Shown here: positions 1 through 9,467 of the stretch, piece after piece
Layout: each line of letters starts with the position of its first letter
Position numbering within the stretch: position 1 is the first letter of the stretch
Assembly (NCBI GenBank): GCA_951812955.1
Contig: OX638340.1
Coordinates: forward strand, 3,744,001 to 3,808,000
Origin: an uncultured Gemmatimonadota bacterium
GTDB taxonomy: Bacteria > JAAXHH01
Direction of reading: 5' to 3'
Length of the DNA: 64,000 bases
Program-made: the position numbers and the translations under genes
Notes under the pieces: model-generated
What the model was told of the DNA's origin: nothing
Databases searched by the model: none
What the model saw: only the letters and a program-made list of their open reading frames with translations

Positions 1-29
1 CACATGGATTTCACGGATCCGGTGCCCGC

Positions 30-746
30 GTGACCGCATTCTATTCCATCCTGCAGATCGTCAGCGTACTGGTCTTCACCCTGCTGTTCGGACTGACGGC
101 CATGTTGCTGTCTCCATTCAACCCCTCGGGCCGGCTGGTCCACTGGTTCGCCCGATGGTGGGCGCGCACCCTGCTATGGGTGGGACGCGTGCCGGTCCGC
201 CTCGATGGGCTGGACAACATCCCCGGGGGACAGCCGTGCGTGCTCGTCTCCAATCATGCGAGCGCGGCGGACATACCCATCCTGTTCGGCTCCCTCCCCA
301 TACAGTTCAGGATCATCGCCAAGGACTCCCTGTTCCACATTCCGATTCTGGGCTGGTGCATGCGGCTGGCCGGATACATCAGCATCAACCGTACCAATCC
401 GAAAAAGGCCTTGCGAAGTCTTCGGAAAGCGGCACGGCAGATCCGGGTGGGATATCCCGCCGTGGTCTTCCCTGAAGGCACGAGATCACGGACCGGCGAA
501 CTGCAGCCTTTCAAAGCCGGCGCTTTTCTGCTCGCCATAGAATCCGGCGTGCCCGTAGTGCCCGTAGGCATATCAGGCAGCTTCGATATCCTCGTTCGCG
601 GCAGTATGAGAATCAGGCCGGACGCGCAGGTTGCCGTGCGCATTGGTACGCCCATAGAAACCGACGGCTATACGACAAAGGACCGGCGCGGGTTGGCCGA
701 GCGGGCTCGGGCTGCCGTTGAAGACTGTCTGCGACGGGACGGGTAA
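30..746 (+). CDS. plsC: 1-acyl-sn-glycerol-3-phosphate acyltransferase
   Basis: 238 aa; N-terminal TM segment; acyltransferase motifs NHxxxxD (SNHASAAD) and PEGTR present. Confidence 0.85.
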   Translation: MTAFYSILQIVSVLVFTLLFGLTAMLLSPFNPSGRLVHWFARWWARTLLWVGRVPVRLDGLDNIPGGQPCVLVSNHASAADIPILFGSLPIQFRIIAKDSLFHIPILGWCMRLAGYISINRTNPKKALRSLRKAARQIRVGYPAVVFPEGTRSRTGELQPFKAGAFLLAIESGVPVVPVGISGSFDILVRGSMRIRPDAQVAVRIGTPIETDGYTTKDRRGLAERARAAVEDCLRRDG

Positions 747-1454
747 TTGAGCATGGCACGGCCGGCCGAATCGATTTTCGAAGCGGGAACCGCGGTTCTA
801 TTCGATCTCGACAACACCCTGATCGACCGCGACAAGGCGCGCGACAAGTTCTTCTCGTACCTGCTGACCAGGTATTTTCCGCATCTGACGCCGGAAGAAG
901 CCGCCTGGGCGGATCGAATGGAAACAATGCGCGCCCTCGACCGGGGAGGCCGGGGCAGCAAGGCCGCGATCCACGATTGTCTATTCGGTGGACGCCCGGT
1001 CATGTCGCCGTGTGCGTTTACTGAACTCATGCGCGGCAAGCTGGCGTCATTCGCTTCCTGGTCGGATGGCGCCGTGTCTTTGTTGAAGTGCCTTCGTGCC
1101 AGGCGCCACCCCATGGCCCTGGTCACTAATGGGTCGAAATCTCAGAGAGCGAAGATCAACGCCGTAGGTGCGTCGGTGTATTTCGACACAGTGCTCATAT
1201 CGGAAGAAGTGGGGATCAACAAGCCGGATACCGCTATTTTCAGGCAGGCTATGTCCCGGCTGAACGCCGCACCCGAACGGTCCGTTTTTGTAGGAGACAG
1301 CCTGGAGTACGACATGGTCGGCGCCAGGAACGCCGGTATGATGACGGTGTATCTCAACCGGAGCGGAGTATCGGATGTGGACGATTCCCTTTGTGACCTG
1401 GTCGTCTCCGACCTGAGGGAGTTGTCGGACCGGGTGATAAACCTTGATTCCTGA
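747..1454 (+). CDS. HAD-IA family hydrolase
   Basis: DLDNTLID motif I near N-terminus, GDS..D motif near C-terminus; starts (TTG at 747 or ATG at 753) directly after plsC stop. Confidence 0.8.
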   Translation: MSMARPAESIFEAGTAVLFDLDNTLIDRDKARDKFFSYLLTRYFPHLTPEEAAWADRMETMRALDRGGRGSKAAIHDCLFGGRPVMSPCAFTELMRGKLASFASWSDGAVSLLKCLRARRHPMALVTNGSKSQRAKINAVGASVYFDTVLISEEVGINKPDTAIFRQAMSRLNAAPERSVFVGDSLEYDMVGARNAGMMTVYLNRSGVSDVDDSLCDLVVSDLRELSDRVINLDS

Positions 1455-1575
1455 CCGACAGTCTAAGCGGCGGGAATCCGACTGCCGGCATACTGCAGTA
1501 AAGGCGATCGTGTATTGCCGGGTAACTTGCTGATCGAAGGAGATCAGTCATCATAACCCTTGGAGGATCTGTACC

Positions 1576-2125
1576 ATGAAACGACGTCTCATCATGTGGA
1601 TCCCAGTTCTGTTTATCGCCATATTCGCCCTGGGCTGTTCCGAAAGCGTACCTCCAGCCGAGGAGGCGACTCCTGCCACTGACGCAGCCGTGACGGAGGG
1701 CGCGACTTCGGACACGGCGGACGATCTACTGTCTGCACACATGGCCGCCGAAGCCATGCTGACGGCGCACTTCGTGGCAGCCGCGGTAAAGGCGGGCATG
1801 AGCGCCGAAGAGATAAACGGCGCGTTGGCCCTGGTCGCCGACGGATCCGCCATCGGTGAATTCTGGATCAGCGACGAAAACGGCCAGGTGGTCTTTACTA
1901 AATATGCCCGCAGTGGAATTCGCCTTTCCCACCGATCCGGAGGCCGATACGCAGGCGGCGCCCTTCGCCCGTCTGCTGACCGGCGATCAGGTTGTCGTCG
2001 ACCAGGGATTCATGCCACGCGACCTGGACGGTATGGTCTTCAAGTACGTGGGCGCGGCGGGGGTCGACCAGGCGCGCATAGTTCAGGTAGGAGTGGCCGC
2101 GCCGCAGGATAGCGATGCGCCCTGA
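1576..2125 (+). CDS. putative lipoprotein; reading frame appears to switch near 1900-1930 (possible frameshift or sequencing error)
   Basis: Signal peptide with lipobox (LFIAIFALGC). Frame 1 turns into Gly/Arg-rich nonsense after ~1920, while overlapping frame 2 (1856..2125) continues protein-like to a stop at 2125. Confidence 0.4.
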
Positions 2126-2170
2126 GCGTGGCAGCCCGCAGGCGTATTCCACGCCGGCCACGTGGACGGG

Positions 2171-3262
2171 TTACCCGTACTTCGCCCTGAGCCGCTCTGC
2201 GGCGATCACCTCGTTGCGCAGTTTCTCATAGGCTTCTTCCATCGGGATGTCCCAGTAAGAGCCGGGCGCGAAGCCACAGTCCGGGTGGATGGCGATACGT
2301 TCCGGCGCGACGACTTCCAGCACCCGCTCGACCCGTTTCACGATTTCCTCCGGCGTGTCGACGCCCGCCTTCTTCGAATGCAGGCACCCGACGCCGATGT
2401 CCATGCGTTCCGGGAGTTCGTCCAGCAGGGCTATATCGTCGTCCGTGGCCTCGCTGAGCTCGAACATAAGCATGTGGACATTCAGGTCCTTTATGCCGGG
2501 CAGGAGCCCGTTGTAGCCGGACTTCACGCCGGATTCGTCCAGCGGGCGCTTGCCGCAGAGATGGAGAGACAGGTGCACGCCGTCCATGCCCTCGATCACC
2601 CGGTTCAGCGTGTCGACGGCGTAAGCGACCTGTTCGGGGTATCCGGGCATGAATGCGCCGTCCCCGTGGATCGAGTCGTACATGCGGCCGATGGTCGTAT
2701 CGTCGAACTGGATGTAACGCACACCTTCATCGCGCAGCAGCAGCACTTCCTGGCGAATGATCGGGATCAGCGCCTCCACGCACGCTTCCATGGTGGGATA
2801 AGCGTCCTTCGATCGGACCGGATCCCAGTTCACGACGCCGATATGGCTCGGGGTGGGCAGCGCGACCCTGACCTCCCGGTCGGTGCACGCCTTCAGGAAT
2901 CGGGCCTCCCGGGCGAAGAGACCCGGGTTGACCGGTTTGATCCGGCCGGTGACCGTGTACCCCACGTAGGCGCCATGGCGGTAGGAGTCCACGTGGACCT
3001 TCTGAAGCTCGAACCCGGTGACCATGTCGGCGATCACGCCGATGTACGACTTCCGCCGCCATTCCCCGTCTGAGATGACGTCGAGGCCAGCCGCTTCCTG
3101 CACGGCCGCTACGTAGGGGATGGCGCGGTCCATCAAACGTTGCAGCTCCTCGTCGGAACCGCCTTCCGCAAGCAAACGATCCACCATGTCGCGAAAGAAA
3201 CCCGGGCGAGGCATGGAGCCCACGACCATGGCGGGAAAGGGTTTTTCAAACATGTTGCACAC
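2171..3262 (-). CDS. cobalamin-independent methionine synthase family protein (MetE C-terminal catalytic-domain-like)
   Basis: 363 aa; VGSMPRP, DGEWRR, HLCG (zinc site) motifs typical of MetE/methionine synthase II catalytic domain. Confidence 0.8.
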   Translation of the reverse strand: MCNMFEKPFPAMVVGSMPRPGFFRDMVDRLLAEGGSDEELQRLMDRAIPYVAAVQEAAGLDVISDGEWRRKSYIGVIADMVTGFELQKVHVDSYRHGAYVGYTVTGRIKPVNPGLFAREARFLKACTDREVRVALPTPSHIGVVNWDPVRSKDAYPTMEACVEALIPIIRQEVLLLRDEGVRYIQFDDTTIGRMYDSIHGDGAFMPGYPEQVAYAVDTLNRVIEGMDGVHLSLHLCGKRPLDESGVKSGYNGLLPGIKDLNVHMLMFELSEATDDDIALLDELPERMDIGVGCLHSKKAGVDTPEEIVKRVERVLEVVAPERIAIHPDCGFAPGSYWDIPMEEAYEKLRNEVIAAERLRAKYG

Positions 3263-3455
3263 CTCGTTTCCTGGTTGGATACCCGATATGTCCGGTCACG
3301 AAACCGGTTGATTCACCCCGGGTGCCAATATAATGATGTATCGGTATAATGCGCTTCCGGCATATAGTGAGCAAAGGGTTTACATCCCCGGGCGGTAGCT
3401 GCAATCAATCGAACCAGGCCGGCCGGTTTTCCTCCCGGAACGAACGGAGCCATCG

Positions 3456-5390
3456 ATGAAGAACATCACGGCGAGCGTCCATTACGAAATCACGCCGCCC
3501 TGGGCGGTGCTTGAACGCAAGCTCATCGACACGATGGACGAAGCGATCCATCCCTACATCGAGAAATACACCCGCGCGGACGGTTCGCTGGTCTGGGCGG
3601 ACACGTGGTCCGGAAGCCGGGACGGGATGGATGATTTCTACGAGGCGTTCACCAATTTCGCCCAGTTCTACAGCCTGGGAGGCGGCGACCACCTCCTTGA
3701 GGCGGCTGACGGCCACTGGGACGCGATCACCCGGCAGCTGACCGGTTTCGGGCGTATCTACCGGGAGTACGAACGGGGGTACGACCAGTTTCACCAGAGC
3801 GAGAGTTACATCTACTTCTACCATCTCTGCCTCGCCGACCCCGGCAATCCCAAGCTGCGCGACCGCGCCCGGCGTTTCGCCGGCTTCTATCTGAACGAAT
3901 TCCCCGATGCCCCGAATTACGATCCGGTCCATCGTATCATCCGGGCGCCCCACAACGGCAGCGGGGGCCCCGCCTGGGGGATGAGCGAGGACGACAGCCG
4001 GATGACATACAATCCCGGGCAGGGCAGCATGCTGGTCTACGGCCTGCCGCTGAGCGACGTCCCCGGCATTACGCACGTGGGCGATCTCCAGGACCCCGCG
4101 AAGGCACGGATCATGGGCAGGGCCATGGCGGAGCGGTTCCGCGAGGGCGACGTGGGGAACAACCTGAACGTGAACGGGCTCATCATGAACGCCTACCTGA
4201 TGACCGGGGACGACAAGTACCGGGACTGGCTGCTGGAGTATATCGGGGCCTGGCTGGACCGTGCCAGGGAGAACGGCGGACTGATGCCCGACAACGTGGG
4301 GCTGGATGGGCGCGTCGGCGCCCTGCATAACGGGAAATGGTACGGGGGACTCTACGGCTGGACCTGGCCCCACGGGTTCCACAGCCTGGGGTTCGCCGCC
4401 ATCACCGCGGCCAACAACGCCTACCTGTTATCGGGGGACCCGGGCTATTTCGACCTGCCGAGAGGCATGATCGACCGTGTGCTGGAGGAGGGGATCGACG
4501 GCCATTTCGACGAAATGGCGTCCCAGATGAGCCTCCGGGATCACTACATCGGCGTCGACCGCAATCTAGGTCCAGACCGGCGTACGTTTTTCACACCGTA
4601 CCGGTACGGCGACCAGGGCTGGATGGACTACCAGCCCATGCCCGTGACTTATCCCCTGAACGTGTGGAACGTGACGGAGGCCGACGAGGACCGGGCCCGC
4701 ATGGAGTACCTGCACGAGCGAAGCGGCTTTGACTGGTCCGCCGTGGTGCCCTTCAGGGACAAGGGCGATATGCACCACGACGAACCCTGGCTGCTCTACC
4801 TGCGGGGAGAGAACCCGGACTACCCGGAACGGATGCTGGGCGCTGCGCACGCCCAGGTGTGTCACCGGCTGGCGCAGATCCGCGCCGACGATTCGGACCT
4901 TGAATCCGGCCCCCACATTCACCTGTGGCAGGAGGTTCAGCCCGTGACCACCGAGGCCCTCGTGCAGCTCACCATGGGATGTCCCCAGGTCATCTACTAC
5001 GGCGGCATCCCGAACGCGCGCCTATGCTACTACGACGCCGACCGCGAACGTCCCGGCCTGCCGTCCGACACGGCCGCCCTCGTCGACCGGATCGAACCTT
5101 CCCGCGTGGGCGTGCACCTGGTCAATCTGCATCACACGGAAGCGAGACGGGTCGTCGTGCAGGCCGGCGCACTGGCCGAGCACGCCTTCCGGTGCGTTTC
5201 CTACGATAAAACGGACACGCCCTATCCGGGCGCCACCGGCGCCTATGCCGCGCAGCGGGCCGCGGTGCGTACCGAGTCCGCGCAGATAAGCGGCTCCCGC
5301 CTGCTCGTGGTGCTTCCGCCGGCCACAAGAATCCATCTGGACCTGGAGATGTCGCGGCACGTCAACCGGCCGCGATATGCGCCTGCCTGA
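3456..5390 (+). CDS. hypothetical protein (644 aa, no signal peptide; Trp/Tyr/Gly-rich, possibly glycan-active)
   Basis: Long uninterrupted ORF with protein-like composition; divergent from metE-like gene; no family recognised from sequence alone. Confidence 0.55.
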   Translation: MKNITASVHYEITPPWAVLERKLIDTMDEAIHPYIEKYTRADGSLVWADTWSGSRDGMDDFYEAFTNFAQFYSLGGGDHLLEAADGHWDAITRQLTGFGRIYREYERGYDQFHQSESYIYFYHLCLADPGNPKLRDRARRFAGFYLNEFPDAPNYDPVHRIIRAPHNGSGGPAWGMSEDDSRMTYNPGQGSMLVYGLPLSDVPGITHVGDLQDPAKARIMGRAMAERFREGDVGNNLNVNGLIMNAYLMTGDDKYRDWLLEYIGAWLDRARENGGLMPDNVGLDGRVGALHNGKWYGGLYGWTWPHGFHSLGFAAITAANNAYLLSGDPGYFDLPRGMIDRVLEEGIDGHFDEMASQMSLRDHYIGVDRNLGPDRRTFFTPYRYGDQGWMDYQPMPVTYPLNVWNVTEADEDRARMEYLHERSGFDWSAVVPFRDKGDMHHDEPWLLYLRGENPDYPERMLGAAHAQVCHRLAQIRADDSDLESGPHIHLWQEVQPVTTEALVQLTMGCPQVIYYGGIPNARLCYYDADRERPGLPSDTAALVDRIEPSRVGVHLVNLHHTEARRVVVQAGALAEHAFRCVSYDKTDTPYPGATGAYAAQRAAVRTESAQISGSRLLVVLPPATRIHLDLEMSRHVNRPRYAPA

Positions 5391-5460
5391 CCGGCCGTAC
5401 GGGAAGTCTTGTGTTCGATGGTGGGAATCCTTCAGACGGGGGGCGCCCCCGCGCCTACGG

Positions 5461-6453
5461 TCAACCGGGGAATTCGAACCGCCGGATAAGGTCGAACTCC
5501 GCGGGGTCGAGCGGGGTGCCGTCGGGGCGCATCATGTCGTGCTGCCAGACCGGGGGCGTGGGATCGCCCTTTTTGGATTCCCAGGCCAGGTTGGTCTGCG
5601 TCCTGCCCGCCACGAGTCCCCAGTTGTACCAACCGATCCGGTTTTCCGCGAATACGGGCAGCATTTCCGCAAACGTGTTACCGTGGTGCCGCCGCAGCCA
5701 TTCCGTGCAGATCACGGGTCGATCATACGCGTTGCACCTGGCGAGGCTGGGCCCGATTCTGTCCGCCGCTTCGTAGTAGTGAAACGAGATGATATCGGAC
5801 AACTCGAACAGCAGCGCGGAAAGGTCGTCTTCGAAGGCGTTCCATGTCCACGGCCCCGTGGTAAGCGGTTGCATGGGACCGACGGAACGCGCCCAGGCGA
5901 AGGCGTCCTCGACGAGAGGCTGGCTTCTCAGGTCGTCGTCCGGTTCGTTGTACAGGTCCCACATCAGGACGCGCGGGTCCGATCCGAAGCTGCCGACGAT
6001 GTCCTTTACGTAGCGTTCGAGTTGCGGCCAGGCATCCCGGTCGGCAAGGCGTTCGAACCCAGGACTCGGCACCCACTGGCTGTTGTGTACGCCGGGCACC
6101 GGATCGTCCTGCGGTCCCAGATAGGGGTCGCGGCCCCCGAAGAAGCAGTCGCAGAAGAGAATGACCATGGTGCTGATACCGTGCCGCGACGCGATGGCCA
6201 GGAACCGGTCGAGCCGGTGCTTCAGGCCCTCCGGGTCGTCTTCCCAGACCAGGTACTGCACGAAGATCCGCACGCTGTTGTAACCCGCTCCGGCGGCCCA
6301 TCCCAGCTCCTGGTCGATGGTTGCCGGGTCGAATGTGGGCGCCTGCCACATCTCGGTCATGTTCACGGCCGTGCGCGGGAGGTAGTTGCAGCCACGGATG
6401 ACGCCGGTTTCCCGGTACCATGCGTGGGCTCTTTCGGGGGTCCATGTGTTCAT
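5461..6453 (-). CDS. glycoside hydrolase family 5 (cellulase-like)
   Basis: LYNEPDD (NEP catalytic acid/base motif), GH5-like (beta/alpha)8 sequence features; ATG start at 6453 (ORF track extends to a TTG at 6489); no signal peptide. Confidence 0.75.
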   Translation of the reverse strand: MNTWTPERAHAWYRETGVIRGCNYLPRTAVNMTEMWQAPTFDPATIDQELGWAAGAGYNSVRIFVQYLVWEDDPEGLKHRLDRFLAIASRHGISTMVILFCDCFFGGRDPYLGPQDDPVPGVHNSQWVPSPGFERLADRDAWPQLERYVKDIVGSFGSDPRVLMWDLYNEPDDDLRSQPLVEDAFAWARSVGPMQPLTTGPWTWNAFEDDLSALLFELSDIISFHYYEAADRIGPSLARCNAYDRPVICTEWLRRHHGNTFAEMLPVFAENRIGWYNWGLVAGRTQTNLAWESKKGDPTPPVWQHDMMRPDGTPLDPAEFDLIRRFEFPG

Positions 6454-6470
6454 GCCATTCCTCTTCGTTT

Positions 6471-6530
6471 CAGCCCGGAATTGTTTCAACCCGGAATCGT
6501 TTCAACCCGGAATCGTTTCAGCCCGGTATA
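6471..6530. repeat. intergenic tandem repeat, ~16-bp unit (aacccggaatcgtttc) x ~3.5
   Basis: cagcccggaattgtttc / aacccggaatcgtttc / aacccggaatcgtttc / agcccggtata seen directly; lies between the GH5 start and the rdgB stop. Confidence 0.8.
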
Positions 6531-7114
6531 TCCTTTAAGTCGCCCAGTATTTCCGCGATCCGCCGTAACGCCATGGCCCGGTGACTGATCCGGTTTTTCG
6601 TCCTGGCATCCAGTTCGGCGAACGTGCTTTCATAGCCCGCGGGAACGAACAACGGATCGTAGCCGAATCCGGACTCGCCCCGGGGTTCCCGAAGTATCCG
6701 GCCCTCGCACACCCCGTCCGAGGTCCAGGTCCGTCCATCCGGCGCCACGACCGCCATGACGCACCGGAACCGGGCGGTTCGGTCGCCGTCGGCGACGCCG
6801 GCGAGGGCTTCTAGCAGACGGTGCATGTTGTCCCGGTCGCTGGCTGTCGCACCGGCGTACCGGGCCGAGTGCACGCCGGGCGCCCCGCCCAGGGCGTCCA
6901 CCTCCAGGCCCGAGTCGTCCGCCAGCGCGGTTTTACCCGTGAACCCTGCGACGGCACGCGCCTTGATGAGGGCGTTCTCCTCGAAGGTACGGCCCGATTC
7001 CTCCGGTTCGGGACAGCCGGGGAAAGACGCGGCAGTCGCGACCCGCACACCGGTCAGCAGCGCTTCGATTTCGGAGATCTTGCCCGGGTTGCGTGTGGCC
7101 AGGACGATGGTCAT
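6518..7114 (-). CDS. rdgB: non-canonical purine NTP pyrophosphatase (dITP/XTP), RdgB/HAM1 family
   Basis: 198 aa; N-terminal LATRNPGK motif, FGYDP motif; classic rph-rdgB adjacency. Confidence 0.9.
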   Translation of the reverse strand: MTIVLATRNPGKISEIEALLTGVRVATAASFPGCPEPEESGRTFEENALIKARAVAGFTGKTALADDSGLEVDALGGAPGVHSARYAGATASDRDNMHRLLEALAGVADGDRTARFRCVMAVVAPDGRTWTSDGVCEGRILREPRGESGFGYDPLFVPAGYESTFAELDARTKNRISHRAMALRRIAEILGDLKDIPG

Positions 7115-7123
7115 GGTCGTGAC

Positions 7124-7855
7124 CTAGCCCCGACCCAGCGCCTGTTTCTGCAGATCGATCAACTGGTTTACACCCTGTTTGCCGAGGTCGAGCATGGCCG
7201 ACAGTTGTTCTGTGGAAAAGGGGTGGTGCTCCGCGGTGCCCTGGATTTCCACCAGGTCGCCTCCGCCCGTCATGACGAGATTCATGTCGACGTCCGCCGT
7301 GGAGTCCTCGTCGTAGCAGAGATCGAGCATGGGGACGCCTCCGACTATGCCCACGCTGATGGCAGCAACCGCGTCCCGGATGGGGTCGCGATCGATCAAT
7401 CCACGCTCGGACAGCCAGGACACCGCGTCACAAAGCGCCACGAAACTGCCAGTGATCGATGCGGTACGGGTTCCTCCATCGGCTTCGATAACGTCGCAAT
7501 CAATGAGGATGGACCGTTCCCCCAGGCTGTTCAGTTCGCAAACAGCACGAAGAGACCGCCCGATAAGCCGTTGGATTTCCTGCGTGCGGCCGGAGACGCC
7601 GCCGCGGCGGCCGTTCCGGGATACGCGCGTGTTCGTGCTTCGCGGCAGCATGCCATATTCCGCGGTGACCCAGCCTTTGCCGCTCCCTTTCAAAAAGGGC
7701 GGTACGCTCTCGTCCACACTCGCTGAACAGAGCACGGACGTGCCGCCCATGACGATCAGAGCGGAGCCCTCCGCGTGCCGGAGGTAATTGCGCCGGATTT
7801 CGACAGGACGCAACCGGTCGGTCTCCCGGCCATCGATCCTTGACACAGGTGCCAC
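7124..7855 (-). CDS. rph: ribonuclease PH
   Basis: 243 aa; RNase PH domain (GRxxDxLRP, ADGGTR motifs). Confidence 0.9.
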   Translation of the reverse strand: MAPVSRIDGRETDRLRPVEIRRNYLRHAEGSALIVMGGTSVLCSASVDESVPPFLKGSGKGWVTAEYGMLPRSTNTRVSRNGRRGGVSGRTQEIQRLIGRSLRAVCELNSLGERSILIDCDVIEADGGTRTASITGSFVALCDAVSWLSERGLIDRDPIRDAVAAISVGIVGGVPMLDLCYDEDSTADVDMNLVMTGGGDLVEIQGTAEHHPFSTEQLSAMLDLGKQGVNQLIDLQKQALGRG

Positions 7856-7912
7856 TGCTACATCCTTTGCTTTCGTGTAGGCGTGCGGACGGTAGAGAGA
7901 ACGGAGATCGCG

Positions 7913-8374
7913 CTACATGCTCTCTTCCTCTTCCGCGATGAGTGCGAGGGCGTCGCGGGGATTTTCCGTTGCGATCAGCCGTTTGCGAAGGTTATCGTGC
8001 CTGAGCAGGCGGGAAATGTGGGCGAGCGCCCGGATATGGGGACCGGACACGTTCAGGGGCGAGACGAGCAGGAAGAAGAGGTAGACAGGCTGCTCGTCGA
8101 GGGACTGGAAATCCACGCCCTCCTTCTTGATCCCGAGCACCCCGACCAGCTTGTCGACGGCCTTGCATTTGCCGTGGGGGATGGCGACCCCCTTGCCGAT
8201 CCCGGTGCTCATGATCTTCTCCCGTTCCAGGACGGCCTGCAGCACCTCCCGATTGTCGCTGATCCTGCCGGACGCAGTCAGCGCCGCGGCCAGTTCCTCG
8301 ATCACTTCCTGCTTCTGCGTGGCCTTAAGGTCTACCAGGATAGCGTTTTCATCCAACAATTCCGTCAAGCTCAT
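7913..8374 (-). CDS. ptsN: PTS IIA-like nitrogen-regulatory protein PtsN
   Basis: PTS EIIA type-2 domain with conserved His (AIPHGK); start taken at internal Met MSLTELL (8374), ORF track extends to 8422. Confidence 0.8.
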   Translation of the reverse strand: MSLTELLDENAILVDLKATQKQEVIEELAAALTASGRISDNREVLQAVLEREKIMSTGIGKGVAIPHGKCKAVDKLVGVLGIKKEGVDFQSLDEQPVYLFFLLVSPLNVSGPHIRALAHISRLLRHDNLRKRLIATENPRDALALIAEEEESM

Positions 8375-8502
8375 GCCATGCTCCTGTTTCCCCCATCCTG
8401 CCTGAAAACGTATTCGCTTCAAAAACCTGTGTGATTCTATGTACCCGCCCTGGAATTGTCAACAACGATTTGGATGGCCTCCCAGTCCGTCCGTCCGGAG
8501 GC

Positions 8503-8541
8503 AAATGAAAAAGCCGCCTGACCATGTCGTCAGACGGCTTC
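8503..8541 (-). terminator. rho-independent terminator downstream of lipoprotein gene
   Basis: On the minus strand, a 12-bp GC-rich stem (aagccgtctgac / gtcaggcggctt, 1 mismatch, 6-nt loop) is followed by TTTTTCATTT, ~35 nt after the lipoprotein stop. Confidence 0.55.
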
Positions 8542-8575
8542 TTAAATCCTGGCAGTCTTCAGCGATAGTGTCCGA

Positions 8576-9118
8576 TCAACCGCCGGCGCGTTCCGCGAAA
8601 CTGTCTGCTGTCATGTGGGCGGATTCGAGCTGCATTTTAAGATCGTACCATTTCTCGTTCGCCTTAAGGTCATTGAGTTGCATGGTAAGGGAGTCGGCGA
8701 ATGCCGAAGCTTCCTGGGCAAGCGTACGGGCTGCCCTTCCACGGCCCTGCTCGATGCTGCTTGAAATCTCGCCCCAGCGTTCAAGGAAAGCCGGCAGGGC
8801 TTCGTCGATCTCACGCTTCGTCAACTCCTTCTGCACTACGGATTCCTGGCTGGCCGACTCCACGAGCGCCATGGTATTTTCGGCAGCGGTTTTCGCGTCG
8901 CCGTACTCCTCGGCAGCCATGTGTGCCCTGGCCTTTTCGAGCTCGGCGGCGGCCATTTCGTATTCAGCCGGCGCGTACTTGTCGACTTCGGCTTCCATCG
9001 CGTCGGATATGGCCAGTTCCGCTGCGTCCATGGCCTCGGTGGGTGGTCCCGCGCACGCAGCGGCCACGAACAGGCATGCGACGGCGCTCAGACAGGTCAG
9101 AAAGGCCTGCTTGGACAT
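8576..9118 (-). CDS. lipoprotein, DUF4398-like (Ala/Glu-rich coiled-coil)
   Basis: Start at 9118 has a perfect AGGAGG SD 7 nt upstream; signal peptide with lipobox (VAAAC); KYAPAEYEMAAAELEKA repeats resemble DUF4398. Confidence 0.7.
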   Translation of the reverse strand: MSKQAFLTCLSAVACLFVAAACAGPPTEAMDAAELAISDAMEAEVDKYAPAEYEMAAAELEKARAHMAAEEYGDAKTAAENTMALVESASQESVVQKELTKREIDEALPAFLERWGEISSSIEQGRGRAARTLAQEASAFADSLTMQLNDLKANEKWYDLKMQLESAHMTADSFAERAGG

Positions 9119-9467
9119 GATTGAACCTCCTGTTGAAACCAGAAATGACGAATGTAAGATCGCTTTATTCGATACCGAATCGACCGGGAAAGACATTATT
9201 TCGACAGCATAACACAAATATAATAGACCGGTTCAAAGGGGTGTCCAGTAAAAAACGTGTCAGGCGCAAAAAACATGACCCGCGGCGGCGGTGCGACCGG
9301 GGCGGAAACGGCGCAAGACCGCCCCGCCGGTCAGGCGTTCGGAGTGGTGATTCCCCTTGACATACCGGCCTGTAAACCTTAGTGTGATGGGCTGAGCCGG
9401 GAGCGGTATCGACTTTGTGACCGACCGATGCGCAGCCGTCCATTCACCGAAAGGACCATCGCGAAGC

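Noticed and set aside
3263-3455. Possible SAM or cobalamin riboswitch in the metE-like leader
   Set aside because: Looked for a B12-box (gccactg), SAM-I and SAM-II conserved cores on the minus strand; none present. The region looks like a plain divergent promoter spacer.
8439-9212. 257-aa plus-strand ORF
   Set aside because: Antisense to the well-supported lipoprotein gene (AGGAGG SD, signal peptide, downstream terminator); Ser/Ala/Arg-rich composition typical of GC-frame artefact.
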